Assembly: GCF_018977255.1 (NCBI RefSeq)
Contig: NW_024704742.1
Coordinates: forward strand, 25,174,001 to 25,238,000
Length of the DNA: 64,000 nt
Direction of reading: 5' to 3'
DNA from: Callorhinchus milii
Lineage: Eukaryota
Shown: positions 1 to 12,765 of the stretch, in pieces
How positions within the stretch are numbered: the stretch's first letter is position 1
Layout of the letters: each line of letters starts with the position of its first letter
Translations under genes and position numbers: made by a program
Notes under the pieces: generated by a model
Database searches by the model: none
The model's input: the letters and a program-made list of their open reading frames with translations, nothing else
What the model was told of the DNA's origin: nothing

Positions 1-858
1 GTAATTACCCGCAGCTTTCCAATTCATTAAATAACATCAAAAAATTTGGTACATTGTTCTGGGCCTGTAAAATCCAGGCAAATGAAACCGGAAAATGCAC
101 GCTCACAGAGCAGGTGACTATTTAGAAAATCGATCCCTAGTGAATATCTTGGCAATACTGTGCTGCAAAAATACAAGTCTGTCTCCTTTCAGAGGGTGAC
201 ATTGCTCCAAAAACAAGGCAGCGGTAAAACACACAAACCTAGAGAGCAAAACCGATGGAAGAAAAAACAGAATTAAAAGGCAATGAAGATTGTTCTAGTC
301 CAGAAGTCGACGTGAGAAGGCGCTATATCAAATGCAAAGATTATTATGATTCTTATCAAGTCACCTGGATAGTTTCACAAAGGTGTAAAAGTCTTTGAAA
401 TTCCATCCGATAATTCTTGCTCCTCTTAAAAGAAACCGCGTGTTCATTTTGCAGCGTTACACACTCCAATTAATAATTAGTTATAATTTGATCTGGTCGT
501 AAATTTAGAATTTCAATACAATTTTTAGCAGCCAACAATAGTGCTCTCCTTCAATCAGATGCAGCTGAAACTACTGAAAATCCATGGGAGCTGAAAAAAA
601 GGCTAATGCTATGCGCAACCTTTTAAAAGTATGACTTTCAAATCTTGTGGTCGGAAAGTACTACAATCTGACCAAACAATGCTGAAAAGTAAGCAAGCTA
701 CAATATTGCTATTTTAGTCAAGATAATTTTTTGCACATAAGAGTTACCCACAGACATGCTCTTCAAATTAAAAAAGGACCATATAGTGTACTTTTCTCTC
801 CCTTCTCTCAATATAATGAATACCCCACCCTCGAAAAAAAATCTGAACAATCTCTGAC

Positions 859-1959
859 CTTTGTTTGTTTGACTGTTCGCAGAAGGTTTGGCAATCAGAG
901 TGGTTGGCGTTGTTGTTGATCCTACAGATGGGGATTGCCATGATGCAGCAGTACTTCCAACAGAAACTGGCCGAAAAGATGTTTGCGTTTGTCTTGGTCC
1001 AGTTTCTGGCAGTGGTTTCACATGACTGGGCAAGATACCAACTATCGGCTGGTTGGTAGTGGGGTGGAGAGGCTGGTTGGTAGCAAGGAAAAAAGGCTGG
1101 TTGGTAGCGGGGTGGAGAGGCTGGTTGGTAGCGGGGAGGAGAGGCTGGTTGGTAGCGGGGAGGAGAGGCTGGTTGGTAGCGGGGAGGAGAGGCTGGTTGG
1201 TAGCGGGGAGGAGAGGCTGGTTGGTAGCGGGGAGGAGAGGCTGGTTGGTAGCGGGGAGGAGAGGCTGGTTGGTAGCGGGGAGGAGAGGCTGGTTGGTAGC
1301 GGGGAGGAGAGGCTGGTTGGTAGCGGGGAGGAGAGGCTGGTTGGTAGCGGGGAGGAGAGGCTGGTTGGTAGCGGGGAGGAGAGGCTGGTTGGTAGCGGGG
1401 AGGAGAGGCTGGTTGGTAGCGGGGAGGAGAGGCTGGTTGGTTGTGGGGTGAATAGTCTGTGAAGTTAAAGGGACATTATAATGGCTACTGAAAGATGGCA
1501 TGGCATTATAAGATAATCCAGGATAAGCATTCTTAGCAATAGGAGCAGAATGAAGAGCAACTCCCTGAGAAGGTACATTATAGGGAACTTGGCGAGGATA
1601 TTGTCCACCCGTAGAGTAATTTGTTTGCTGAGGAGAACTTAAGGGAGGTCTGATAATGGTCTGGTGAGGACCCGGAGGACTAATTGATGAAGGAGCCAAT
1701 GGAAGTGTGGTATACATCTGACTAGATCCTTGAGAAGTACCCAATGATGACGGACACAGGGAAGGTGTAACCATGTTCTGGCCAGACGCTTGGTAGTTAT
1801 TCTGGTAGTAGGTGAAGTCACACGGTCCAGTGATGGGTGGACGTGATGCTTTATTGGGCACTTGCTGGTAAAGTTCTGGAGCAGTACTGCTGTTCTGCAG
1901 AGGTGCTCCATATTCAGTTGATAGAGGTTGCTGCATAGACAACAGATTCTTTGTTGGGT
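859..1959 (-). CDS. Large internal coding exon of a SEC24A/SEC24B-like COPII coat gene (low-complexity N-terminal region)
   Basis: Open frame bounded by acceptor ccttttttag (AG at 1961-1960) and donor AAAG|gtcaga (858); 1101 nt, phase 1-1. The start (D)[16 protein letters not shown] resembles my recollection of SEC24A exon 2 (GPVQNALLSSQESVSQGY). NMVTPSL resembles SEC24A NPVTPSL, and NAYPGLSY resembles SEC24B NAAYPSVSY. No folded SEC24 domain is in the window, so the family call is tentative. Confidence 0.6.
1047..1454 (-). repeat. 24-bp coding minisatellite, 17 units, encoding (PATNQPLL)n
   Basis: Unit ggctggttggtagcggggaggaga; 13 identical copies at 1119-1430, 3 variant copies at 1047-1118 and 1 at 1431-1454. 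Confidence 0.97.
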
Positions 1960-3859
1960 CTAAAAAAGGAAAGCATACATGAGTACAGAATTTTTTTATG
2001 ATAAGCACTTGCAGATCTGAAATGAATCAAGCTCCTTCGCGAAGTGACGTCTGTGGCACTTCCAGCTCAGAGCGCACATACTTTTAGCCTTCAGTAAGTG
2101 ACAGAAGTGTCACACGTGCAACACAACACGCAGGAAGCGACATCAGCACTGCTTGCTGTGCGTAGTGCAAGACGGTGAATGGCAAACTGACTACCTGGAT
2201 GTTGCCCATTTTTTAGCCCCAGGATTTGGCTTCCAGTTAGTATAGGTCCACTGGACATCAGCACTTTATAAATGAGGCAACGCTATACTGATATACCATT
2301 ATAACTGGGTTCCCTTGCAATAATTTAATGTACTGGATAGATACTTTTAAGGATTAATAGGTGTACAGCTATCAATTCCCATTTTCAATATTTATCCAGT
2401 TCTTTTCTAAAGGGTAAGGAACGACAATGTTAACTGCTTTATCTGGAAAGGAGTTTCACATTTCCACTACACGTGAAGGGGAGGAGGAAAAACAGGAAAA
2501 GATTTCATACTAAGTTACCATGGATGGTCAGATCTCACTTGTACACCATGTGATTCCCTAACTACACTGGAGGCTTGTAAACATTTACATGTGCCCACTG
2601 GTCACTCCTTAACTTTTTTATGATTAATCCCTTAAAGGATTAATCTCCTTAATAATAATAATCCTTGCATTTGATATAGCACTTTATCACATCGTTCACA
2701 TGTCTCAAAAGTTCCAAGACACCACCTCATGTGAAGTGCTGCACTACATAAATGCAAGTTGTTGTTGCTGAAAGTTGGTCTGATACTACTTTATCAGTTT
2801 ACCAAATATTGTGAAGCAAGCACATCTATTTTCAAAGTGGATCACTACACTTTATAGTCAGAGGCTTACAGGTTGGGCAGTTTCACAATTTCTAAACAGA
2901 GGAGGTTTGAACTACATTAAACCCTACCTCCCAAGGTAAGTGTTATATGAAAAAAAATCCATTGCGGATTTTAAAATTGATTCTTCTTTCAATACTGAAA
3001 TCTAAATTGATAGAACTTAAGAAACAGTTAATCGAATAAACAGGAGGCAGTGGAGAAAAATGTAGAAAATGTGGATGTCCAGCAGGGGAGGAGAAGAATA
3101 GTTTCAAATATGATTTACACATAGAAATCATCTCAACCTGCTTCACAAAATTAAAGGAAAAATTAACTGAGTGTTCGGTAGGTTGATTTGCACTGGTAAC
3201 CATTCCACAAACAATGAAATGAGCAATCACTTAATTCGAAATTAAAAGCCCTGTGGGGTTTTCCCACCGGGGAAGAAATCAAGATGTCTTCTGTTTGCTT
3301 CTCAGAACAATCAAAAGGGATAAACCCAATTCATTGAAGAACCTTTTAGAATTACCTCAGGAGGAATATGAAATGGTGTCTTTCTTTAGGATTATGTTTG
3401 GGTTTTGAAGTCGGGATCTGTATTTGGCTTATTTTACTGGATAATACTGAATTGTGCAAGACTAAGTGAGTCAGAAGAATTCCTGGTACCTGCTAGGCAC
3501 CTACCAAGGACTCAACCTTGAGCTTGTCAAGATATATCACATCCAACTAATGAGTATCCTCAAGGGTGGGAGATGGGAGATAAGTAGGGTATCTCTGGGA
3601 AGAGAGGAGGAAAAGCAAAGCGTTGGTTCCAAGGTGACACACCAAAAGAATAGAATCCTGGATCTGAGTTATTCCTTGCAGCAGTCTTGATCGTCCAGTT
3701 CCTGAGTCAGGCAGATCCCTATTACTCTAAAGCAGTGCTGATGGCAGATCGACCGGCATAGCTCGTCAGCATGTACTGAAGGAGCCGACTACTGGATGCT
3801 GGGTTTCTTTCCCCACTCATCTTACAAAAAGTCCTGAAAAGTACGTTGGTCTACCTCTG

Positions 3860-4147
3860 TGACCTTCTCAAACCACACAAACCCAGCCACTCCCTCTGAT
3901 CAGCAGCCTGCTTGCACGTCCCCCGCCTTACCAATCTGTCACCGCTTTCTGGAATTCCATCCTTTCCCTTGTCTCTTTCAAGAGCTGTCTCAAGGCTTTC
4001 CTCTTTGACCATCTTCCATCCCTTCCCCAGCTCCCTCATCGACTCCCACCCCCAGTTCCCAGCTTGGGTGCAAACCCTGGACTGTCCAGTGCCTTGGGAC
4101 AGCCTCCTGACGTGAAAGGTGCGAATATAAGTGTAAATTTGTTGTTG
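3860..4147 (+). mobile_element. L2 LINE 3' fragment (diverged)
   Basis: Ends in ccttgggacagcctcctgacgtgaaaggtgc...ttgttgttg, the L2 tail seen elsewhere in the window. Confidence 0.8.
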
Positions 4148-4689
4148 GTCCTTGCTGAACATTTGCCAACATTTGCAAATCTTGTTAATCTCCAGCAGCA
4201 CCCCAACGTACATTTTCATGTCCCCAAACCTTAGAAACCGTACATCTGTGGAACTCGGTAGTTTGGTTTGGAAACTCTTTAGAGAAAGGCAATCAGTTTC
4301 CATGAGTGTCAAACATTGATCAAATAATTATAGGTTGGTTTCGATGGGGGAATGAGATGATTGGAATTGATGGGGGGGGGTCACGTATCTAGTGTGAGTT
4401 TAGAAAGGCAGGTGTACTGATTTGGGTGGGTGGGGGGGGAAAAGACATTTTTGACTGAGCTCAAGGTGAACCATGGTCCAAGATTGTACCTGAAGGGTGT
4501 ATGGGAGACACAGTTGCTTCTCGTTTATCTTTTAAGCGCTAGTGTAACCATACAGTTTTGGGAAGGTCTCTCAGTATAAATGAATGGCAGAATTATAGAT
4601 CCAGAAGGGCATTCTGTGAGAGTCAGTCAGATGGATCTTTCCTTTGCTGTGAATTAATCCGATTTGAATCAATAAAGAAAACAATATTC

Positions 4690-6280
4690 ATCTGGTTTTC
4701 CAGACACCCAATCAAGAAAAATAAATTCCCACTGTGAAAATATATTTTTTAACTATTTTGAACTACAAAAATAGCTAAATTCCAGGTCATAAGGTTAATA
4801 AAGATGTCACTGCCCAAGCATAGCTCGCAGGAAACAACGTCCATGGTAATCTTACCATTCAGAACTTTGAAGAAAGTTACATAGTTGAAGAAATAAAGGT
4901 AAATAAACGTCTATAATATCCATTGAAAGTTAAAACAAAATAAAAATTGCATAGAGTTTGGGATACATTTTTATAAAAACTCTCGGTAGCTGCTGAAGGC
5001 TGTGTGCAGGGTATAGAAAAATATGTGAAGACACAAAGCTATCTGAAAGCTGGCGACAGTTTCCAGGCATTAGAATTATTTTTTATACTTCAGGTTCATG
5101 ACAGCTTTTCCAGAATAGATTTTATACCCCCCTTGTGCCAGATAATCTCCAGTCTTTAGCAAAGATTATCTCCATTGCGACCAGATTTAATTCATCATAA
5201 AGATGTCAACATTAACCCTGACACAAGGGAAGTCCAGAGACAACTATTGCATGATGGAGACTCAAATCTGCTGGAGGAGTTGAAGTCTCTCATTTTCTAA
5301 AGAAATGCTCCCAGAGAAATACGGGAACAATTAATGAATTGTGATGTGGGATTTAGGCTAAAAATTCCTGTGAGGGCATTTAAGGCAATAGTGTCCTTCA
5401 GATTAATTGAACATTCTCCTCATGAATACTTTGTCGGTGTTGACTGGCACAAATGGCTATAACCTTTGCCCACTGAAACGTGACTGCACTTGACAGCAAT
5501 TACCTCTGAAATGCTTGGGAGACATCGACATGATGAGGTGCTATAAAATGCTAGTGTAGAAGAAGCCCTGTGGACTTCAAGGTAAATGTTAAAAGGAGAG
5601 TGTGCATAGACAGAGTGCACATTTTCAGGTGCCCAGGGATAAATTAGAGAAAGTATATAGAATTAGAGGGAGGAACTAAGAGGGAACGCAAAGCTCACCC
5701 TATTTAAGGCTTGAATGAAAATGAACCAGGCAGAACAAATCAGGTAGCTTCCACCAAGACTATTAATAATTGGAGTGATCAACTTCTGTTTAATCTATCC
5801 AAGGATGGATTTATACAATTTGTAAGAAAATTGAATACTCAATTCCAAATGTTCATATGACATGTGCTGAATGAAGCGTAGTTTTTATTTTAGCTGAAGA
5901 AGCCCCTAACAAAAAGTCCCACAAAGACTGGAAAGCAAAAGATTTGCTAAATTTGTGGATTCAACCATTTGTAAAATCTCAAAATGGTGAATTGCAGATC
6001 TGAAGTTGCAATTAACTCAGCATGTCTAGTTTGTGAATATCACATTTTACATTCCAATCTCTCAATTAAATATAGATTGCAAACTTTTAGCTAAAATATT
6101 GGTAAATAGCCTTATGATAAAACATATGATAAACAGTTGGCACATTCAGATCAAGCATAATAGGCTGTATGCCTTGGAGATATATCACCCACAAGGCTTC
6201 TTGCAATCTGATCCACATGGAACAATCTTGTATATCTCACAGCTACTATATCGACCACAACTTGAATTTATATAGTAGCT
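4690..6280. mobile_element. Ancient L1/Tx1-like RT remnant in two opposite orientations
   Basis: Plus strand ~5800-6280: DGF..., YIPISQLNIDCKLLAKILVNSL (cf. YRPISLLNxDxKILAKILANRL) and YHPQGF. Minus strand ~4690-5795: HSPFNIYLE (cf. LSPLLFNIxLE) and weaker downstream motifs. Confidence 0.6.
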
Positions 6281-6289
6281 ATCAACTTT

Positions 6290-6445
6290 TATCTTCGACC
6301 GTGCTTTCGATCTCCCTGCTTCCCTCCTGCCCTCCACCCTCCCCGACCCCCAACTCGGGTCTGAAACTCTGTCTGTCCAGCGCCTTGGGACGTCCTCCCA
6401 ACGTGAAAGGCGCTATACAAATGTAATTTTGTTGTTGTTGTTGTA
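6290..6445 (+). mobile_element. L2 3' tail
   Basis: agcgccttgggacgtcctcccaacgtgaaaggcgctatacaaatg followed by (ttg)n. Confidence 0.85.
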
Positions 6446-8189
6446 GCTTTCACAGAAATGAATGTCAGAAAGCGCTATGCATCTACCTCCAAATATCCCA
6501 TGCCAAGATCATCTCCTACTAGAGGTAATTGCTGTCAAGTGCAGTCACGTTTCAGTGGGCTGCATGCTGTACACTCAGAATCATTGGGAACCTTTCATGC
6601 ATCTCAAGTGCTTGAAAAAACCCTAAAAACTGTAGCTAAGATTATAGCTTAGAACCATATGAATTAAAGTCTCTATGTGCTACACAATAAAGTAAATTAA
6701 ATAAAGTTGAGGTATAATTTGTAGTTTTATATCTTCAGTCTTCATCCATTGACCCATAGAAATATAGGATGATGCCATTCTGACATTCATTTCATGTCAG
6801 TGTTTGCTTTTCTATTTAAACCATCCTAATCCAAATGCCCTTTAACACCCGTCTTCGTTATGTGTTTGTCTAGTTCCTTTCTAAATGCCCCAAACGACTC
6901 TGTTCCAACAGCCTGTTCCAACAATTTGACTCTGGCAAATTATTTCATAAACTGGGAACCTTCTGGGTAAATATACAGTCAATTCACTTTACATTATATT
7001 CAATGAAGTACTTTGAGATGTCTGAATGACATGATAAGGCACTATACCAAATGCAAGGACTATTATTATTAACAGTATATTCTGTGAAGCGCTTTGAGAT
7101 GTCTCAACGCTATATCAAACACAAGGATTATTATGAAGGTAATTTCTAACAAACCTCTTGTTTTACTCCCTTAGTCAGTCTTGAATTAATTCCCTCAATT
7201 AGTTCAGGGCAGATAATTGGTATTGAGGGCAGTTAATCGGTGTTGAGGTAAAGATCAGCCATGATCTGAAAGAATGGGGGAACAGGCTCGAGGAGCTGAA
7301 TGGCCATTCCTGTTTCTGTATCTCTCAAAGTTTTTCATGATTTGATATTTTCAATCCCTTTCCATTACCTTGAACACATACATCATGTCATCCCTCATTC
7401 CTTTCTGCTCCAATGGAAAGAGTCCTAATCTCTCTCGCCTCTCATCATAGTCATCATAGTCATCATCCTTGTGAATCTATGGTGTGTCCTCTCCCCAACT
7501 TTAATATCCTTTCTTTAATGTGGTGCCCCAAACTCCCAACTCAATATTCCAGCTGCAGCCTAACCAGAGCCTTATACAGATACATCACTGGATCAAAACG
7601 TTTCATATTAACTCACTTTCAAATAAGAATCCTTCAAGTACTTCAACACTGCTGGTCACCCTTCTGATATAGTGCAAGTCAGAATCCGTTTGGGGTCAGA
7701 CTACTGATATCGGAGACTTGTGTGGGAGTTACCTAAGTAGAAACAAAAGAGTATAAGTTAAAATCAAACAATGCATATGTCCAGTGTGTGACAAGTTGAC
7801 TCAGCTGGTAGCAATCTTGCCTCTGTGCCAGGTCATTTTCACCAAGCTCACCTATGCCTCAAGGGCAATATCTAAAATTGAACGTTGTTGAGTCAAACTA
7901 TATTCAAAACATATACTGTGAAAATATCATGCATCCACCATCAACACTGCAATCCCAGTGATAATACTATATTTAAATATTGAAGTAGAAAGCTTCAGTG
8001 ATCATTTCAAATTTACATCCTACCTAGTAAGTCGAGCTCCAAACCAGATATAAAAAAGTTAGGGGGAAGATTCTCCAGCCAATGGTAAATTTAAGAGCTT
8101 TGATGAGAAGAGAATTCTATATTGATCTGTAAATTTACAAATCTTGACAGAGTGATCTTAGAGTATCATAATCGGTTATAATAATCTTT

Positions 8190-8500
8190 GCATTTGATGG
8201 ATTGTAAAAGGATTCGACAAATGGATGTTTTTACTTGCTGATGAGTTCAAAACTGGAGGGCATAACTATAAGATAGCCAGTAGTAAATCTAAAAGAAAGT
8301 TTAGGAGAAGCTTTTTTACTCAAGAGAGTGGCAAGAATATAGAACTCACTGCCGGACGCTCTGGTTTAAGCAAAAATACATCAATGTATTTAAGAGGAAA
8401 CTTAAACAGGGAGAAGAGAATAGAGGGGGATAGGAGAAGGGAAGAGTGCAGTATAAATACTGACACGGACTAGTTAGGCCGAATGGCCCATTTCCGTGCC
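8190..8500 (+). mobile_element. CR1-like LINE 3' fragment
   Basis: Encodes TGGHNYKI...FRRSFFTQ (CR1 C-terminal TRGH/RxFFxxR motifs) and ends in taggccgaatggcc. Confidence 0.75.
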
Positions 8501-8809
8501 ATATCATTAAATTATAATTCTACATAGTTTTTCACATCAAATCGCCTCAAAGTGCTTCACAGATTTTTCTGTAATGTGCAGTGATGTGTATTTGTAGGCT
8601 TCCTCTTATTGTTCCCATAGTATTTCTGCAACAGTAATCTTTAAGAGTATTACGAATCTGAAAGTTGCAATTGGACGAGACATATATGAGGGAGTGATGG
8701 TATAATCAAATCTCACATTCACAAAGCACATAACTCGTTTGCAAAAGAATTGCGCAATTGGTATGATGTTTCAATAAATTCACTCGTATTAAAAAGGTAT
8801 TATAGACGG

Positions 8810-9220
8810 TGTCAGCCTGGCTCAGTTGTAGCATTGTCGCGTTGAAATCAGAAAGTTGTGGATTCAAACCCCACATTGTAACATAGTCTAGAAGTGTGGG
8901 GGGGGGGGGGGGGGCGGTGCTGTATCATTGGAGGTCCTAAAACCTAGGATGCCCCAGCTGTTCAGGTGAACGTTACAGATCCCGTGGCGCTAATTGAAAA
9001 GGAAGTTTCTGCCGGTGTCCCGGCCATCAATCCCCCCAAATAAAATTGGTCATTCACTTCACTGCTGTTTGTGAGACATTGCTGTGCGCAAATTTGCTGC
9101 CACGTTATTCAACAAAATACAGTCACAAACTCCACTTTACATTAAGTCTTGTGCAGAGCTTCCGAGACATTCTCCCGTCGTGAAAGTCTCCATATCAAAT
9201 ATAATGATTATTATTATTAC
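8810..9220 (+). mobile_element. Older tRNA-headed Deu-type SINE (family B)
   Basis: Head gtgtcagcctggctcagttg...gttgtggattcaaacccc, Deu-like core gctgtttgtgagacattgctgtgcgcaaatt, tail attattattatt. Confidence 0.75.
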
Positions 9221-9894
9221 CACTAGCAATATAACAACTTTTATTGAGTATGTCACATTGGGATGACATCTCACTACACTACAAAAGTAACTCACTGGGT
9301 GTGGCTTCTTGAAATACCATATAAGGCGCTATATCAAGTTTTGTTTGATTAAGAACAGTATTTGGCGATATAAATGAATATTCTGTACATACAGAGGCGT
9401 AGTTAATACTCTTACGGTATTCCATGTTTGACTTGGGTTTCTATTTGACTGCAAAATAGCTTTAATCATTGAATAGTTTAACCCAGGAGAAGGGGGGCTT
9501 CAAGATGGCTGCCAAACAGCTGTGGAGGAAGGAAGCAAGAGACAACTAAGGCATTAAGGCATCCCAATCATAAATAAACCCTATTAAAATTAATACCTAC
9601 TGCAGGAAGTGCAAGCAGTGGAATATGAGAGGATTATTACTTAATTCCACTCAGGAGCTGGGCCATCTGCATCATTCACAACAAGGGGTAGTCCACTGTT
9701 TACAACCGCACAAACTGCTTTCTTTTTACACTTGCAGTAACAATTCACAGCTGGGAAAATAAACTAGATTACCCACAACGATATGTTACGGTTCCTACTA
9801 TTTGTGACACTCTTCTTCCTCCACAGCGGAATATCTTTTGTGATCGGAGTCGTCAGGACAAACTGGGAAATATAATGGAAAAAAATACTTGGAT

Positions 9895-9933
<39 letters not shown>

Positions 9934-10262
9934 AGGAAGCTGCGGAGATCAATTGGAGAGGAAGCGGTTAAGCCACAAAGCAAAGAGAAAGGGCTTTTTT
10001 TTAAAAAAAATATAAACAAAAAAACTAAAAGGATTGGGAATAAAGTAAGACAAAGTACAATGCAAATCCCATGTGACGCACACATGTGTTTTTTTATCCC
10101 CACTCTAAGCTGTCACATCCAAATATTTCTCTGGAGGTTCACAGGTAATAGGAGCGTAGGTCTGATTTTTATATTGCTCCAGGTCAGCTTAACAGGAGAC
10201 TTAATTCGCCAATAAGAAAAAAAAATACTCGCACCCAGGCACAGGCCAGAATATATGGATAT

Positions 10263-10294
<32 letters not shown>

Positions 10295-10631
10295 GATATA
10301 GAAAAATAATCCAAGTCTGAATTTTTGACCCACAAGCTACACCAGGCCTAGTCCTGCACATCTGAAATCTGGTCCCTCCAAAAGGCTACACTCGAGGCAG
10401 AGCCAAACCCTACAGAGAGGGAGAGAGAGAGGGAGACTCCAGGAGTCGAGACATATTATAAAATAAAAGTTCTTCAAACTGGCCTCGCGGTGCGGTGTGT
10501 GGTGTAGTGCTGGAAATAGCACATACATACATACATATATATATATACATACATATGTGTGTATGTGTGTGTGTCTGCTGTTAGGCCCTAACATTTGCAG
10601 CCAGGTTTAGCTGTGCAGAGAGACCCTGAGC

Positions 10632-11101
10632 ACTCCCTCATCCCCTCCCTCCCTCCCCCTCTCTCCCTCCCTCTCACCCTCACCCCCTCCCTCCCTCTCT
10701 CACCCTCTCCCCCTCCCTCCCTCTCTCACCCTCTCCCCCTCCCTCCCTCTCTCACCCTCTCCCTCCCTCCCCCTCTCTCCCTCCCTCTCTCCCTCCCCCC
10801 CTCCCTCACCCTCCCTCCCTCCCTCACCCTCCCCCTCCCTCCCTCTCTCACCCTCTCCCCTCCTCCCTCTCTCACCCTCTCCCCCTCTCCCTCCCTCTCT
10901 CACCCTCTCCCTCCCTCCCCCTCTCTCCCTCCCTCTCTCCCTCTCCCTCACCCTCTCCCTCCCTCCCTCACCCTCTCCCTCCCTCCCTCACCCCCTCCCC
11001 CTCCCTCACCCCCTCCATCCCTCCCTCCCTCACCCCCTCCATCCCTCCCTCACCCTCTCCCCCCACTCCCTCCCTCCCTCACCCCCTCTCCCTCTCCCTC
11101 A
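10632..11101. repeat. Polypyrimidine (CCT/CCCT) low-complexity tract
   Basis: About 470 nt almost exclusively C/T on the plus strand. Confidence 0.95.
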
Positions 11102-11182
11102 CCCACTGCTGCTGCTGCTGCTGTTGGGCCAGAGAGTTAGTACCGTGAAGCCTGGTTAGGGCCGAGGCCTAGTCCAGGAGCC

Positions 11183-11273
11183 ACCACACCCCCTCACACA
11201 CCCACACACACACACCCCCACACCCCCACACACACACACACAACCACCACCACAGTCAAACTGCACTCACACT

Positions 11274-11305
<32 letters not shown>

Positions 11306-12245
11306 CCCCCACACACACTCACCCCCCCCCCCACACACACACACAACCACCACCACAGTCAAACTGCACTCACACTCACCCCCACACACACCCACACACA
11401 CACACACCCCCACACACACTCACCCCCCCACACACACTCACCCCCCACACACTCACCCCCACACACACACACCCACACACACTCACCCCCCCACACACAC
11501 ACCCCCACACACACTCACCCCCCCACACACACACCCACACACACTCACCCCCCCACACACACACCCACACACACTCACCCCCCCACACACCCACACACAC
11601 TCACCCCCCCACACACACACCCACACACACTCACCCCCCACACACCCACACACACTCACCCCCCCACACACACACACCCACACACACTCACCCCCCCACA
11701 CACACACCCACACACTCACCCCCCCCACACACACCCACACACACTCACCCCCCCCCCCACACACCCACACACACTCACCCCCCCCACACACACACACCCA
11801 CACACACCCACCCCCCCCCCCACACACACACACACACACACCCCCACACACACACACACCCACACACACACTCACCCCCCCACACACACACACCCACACA
11901 CACTCACCCCCCCCCACACACACACCCACACACACTCACCCACACACCCACACACACTCACCCCCCCACACACACACACCCACACACACTCACCCACACA
12001 CACTCACCCCCCCACACACACACACACACACACCCCCCCACACACACACACACCCACACACACACTCACCCCCCCACACACACACACCCACACACACTCA
12101 CCCCCCCCACACACACACCCACACACACTCACCCACACACCCACACACACTCACCCCCCCACACACACACACCCACACACACTCACCCACACACACTCAC
12201 CCCCCCACACACACACCCACACACACCCCCACACACACACACACC
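11183..12245. repeat. CA/poly-C complex microsatellite array
   Basis: Repeated cacacactcacccccc units; a duplicated acaaccaccaccacagtcaaactgcactcac at ~11238 and ~11343. Confidence 0.95.
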
Positions 12246-12765
12246 TGCACCTCTGTGAGTGTGTGAGTGAGTGAGTGTGTGGGCGATCCTTACACCTCTC
12301 TCCCTCCCTCTCTCCCTCAGTCAGTCAGTCAGTCCCAGGCCTTATCCCTGGCTCAGACAGGCTGTGCGGGGCTGTGTTTGAGGACCCCCCCCTCTCGGCT
12401 GGGGGTAGTTTGAGGACCCCCCACGGCAGGAGAGGAGGCCGAGGCCGAGCTCCAGCCCCGGGAGGGGAGGAGGAGAGGAGGTGTTGTCCACACACTCGCT
12501 TCACAAAACAACGACGAGGGCAAACCTCACCTCACCGCCCGCAGCCCTTTCGGAGATGATACACACAGTATATGGTACGTCTACGCAGATGGGTAAATAT
12601 ACCGTTAAAACGGTTAAAAGGAGACGGCATTACCTTCTGACTGGTTTCCCGGTGGCTCTCCGGCACTGCTCCTCCTCCTCCTGTCTGTGCTGCAGTCGCT
12701 GCCCCACATTAAACACCGGCTCCCCCTCAGCTCAGGGAGCACAGCACCACACAGCGGCGGCGACT
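12245..12765. promoter_or_regulatory. GC/CpG-enriched island, probable promoter/first-exon region
   Basis: Locally GC-rich unique sequence with multiple CpGs and several minus-strand donor-like sites, located upstream of the minus-strand exon. Confidence 0.5.
12603..12709 (-). CDS. Candidate first coding exon of the minus-strand gene (two phase-1 options)
   Basis: Option A: ATG 12709 to donor GAAG|gtaatg at 12634 (MWGSDCS...NQSE, 76 nt). Option B: ATG 12630 to AACG|gtatat at 12603 (MPSPFNRFN, 28 nt). Both splice in frame to the 1959 acceptor and lie in the main CpG-enriched unique island. Confidence 0.35.

Noticed and set aside
983..1462. Plus-strand repeat ORFs ([16 protein letters not shown])
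   Set aside because: Antisense frames of the coding minisatellite; no splice or start support
698..2008. 436-aa ORF as a single-exon gene
   Set aside because: Both ends read through intron sequence beyond the splice sites at 1959 and 859
4848..4900. Strong minus-strand donor AATG|gtaaga as a SEC24 first exon
   Set aside because: Lies within the L1-like remnant, with no convincing start or acceptor
10595..11140. 181-aa Pro/Ser/Leu ORF
   Set aside because: Translation of the polypyrimidine tract
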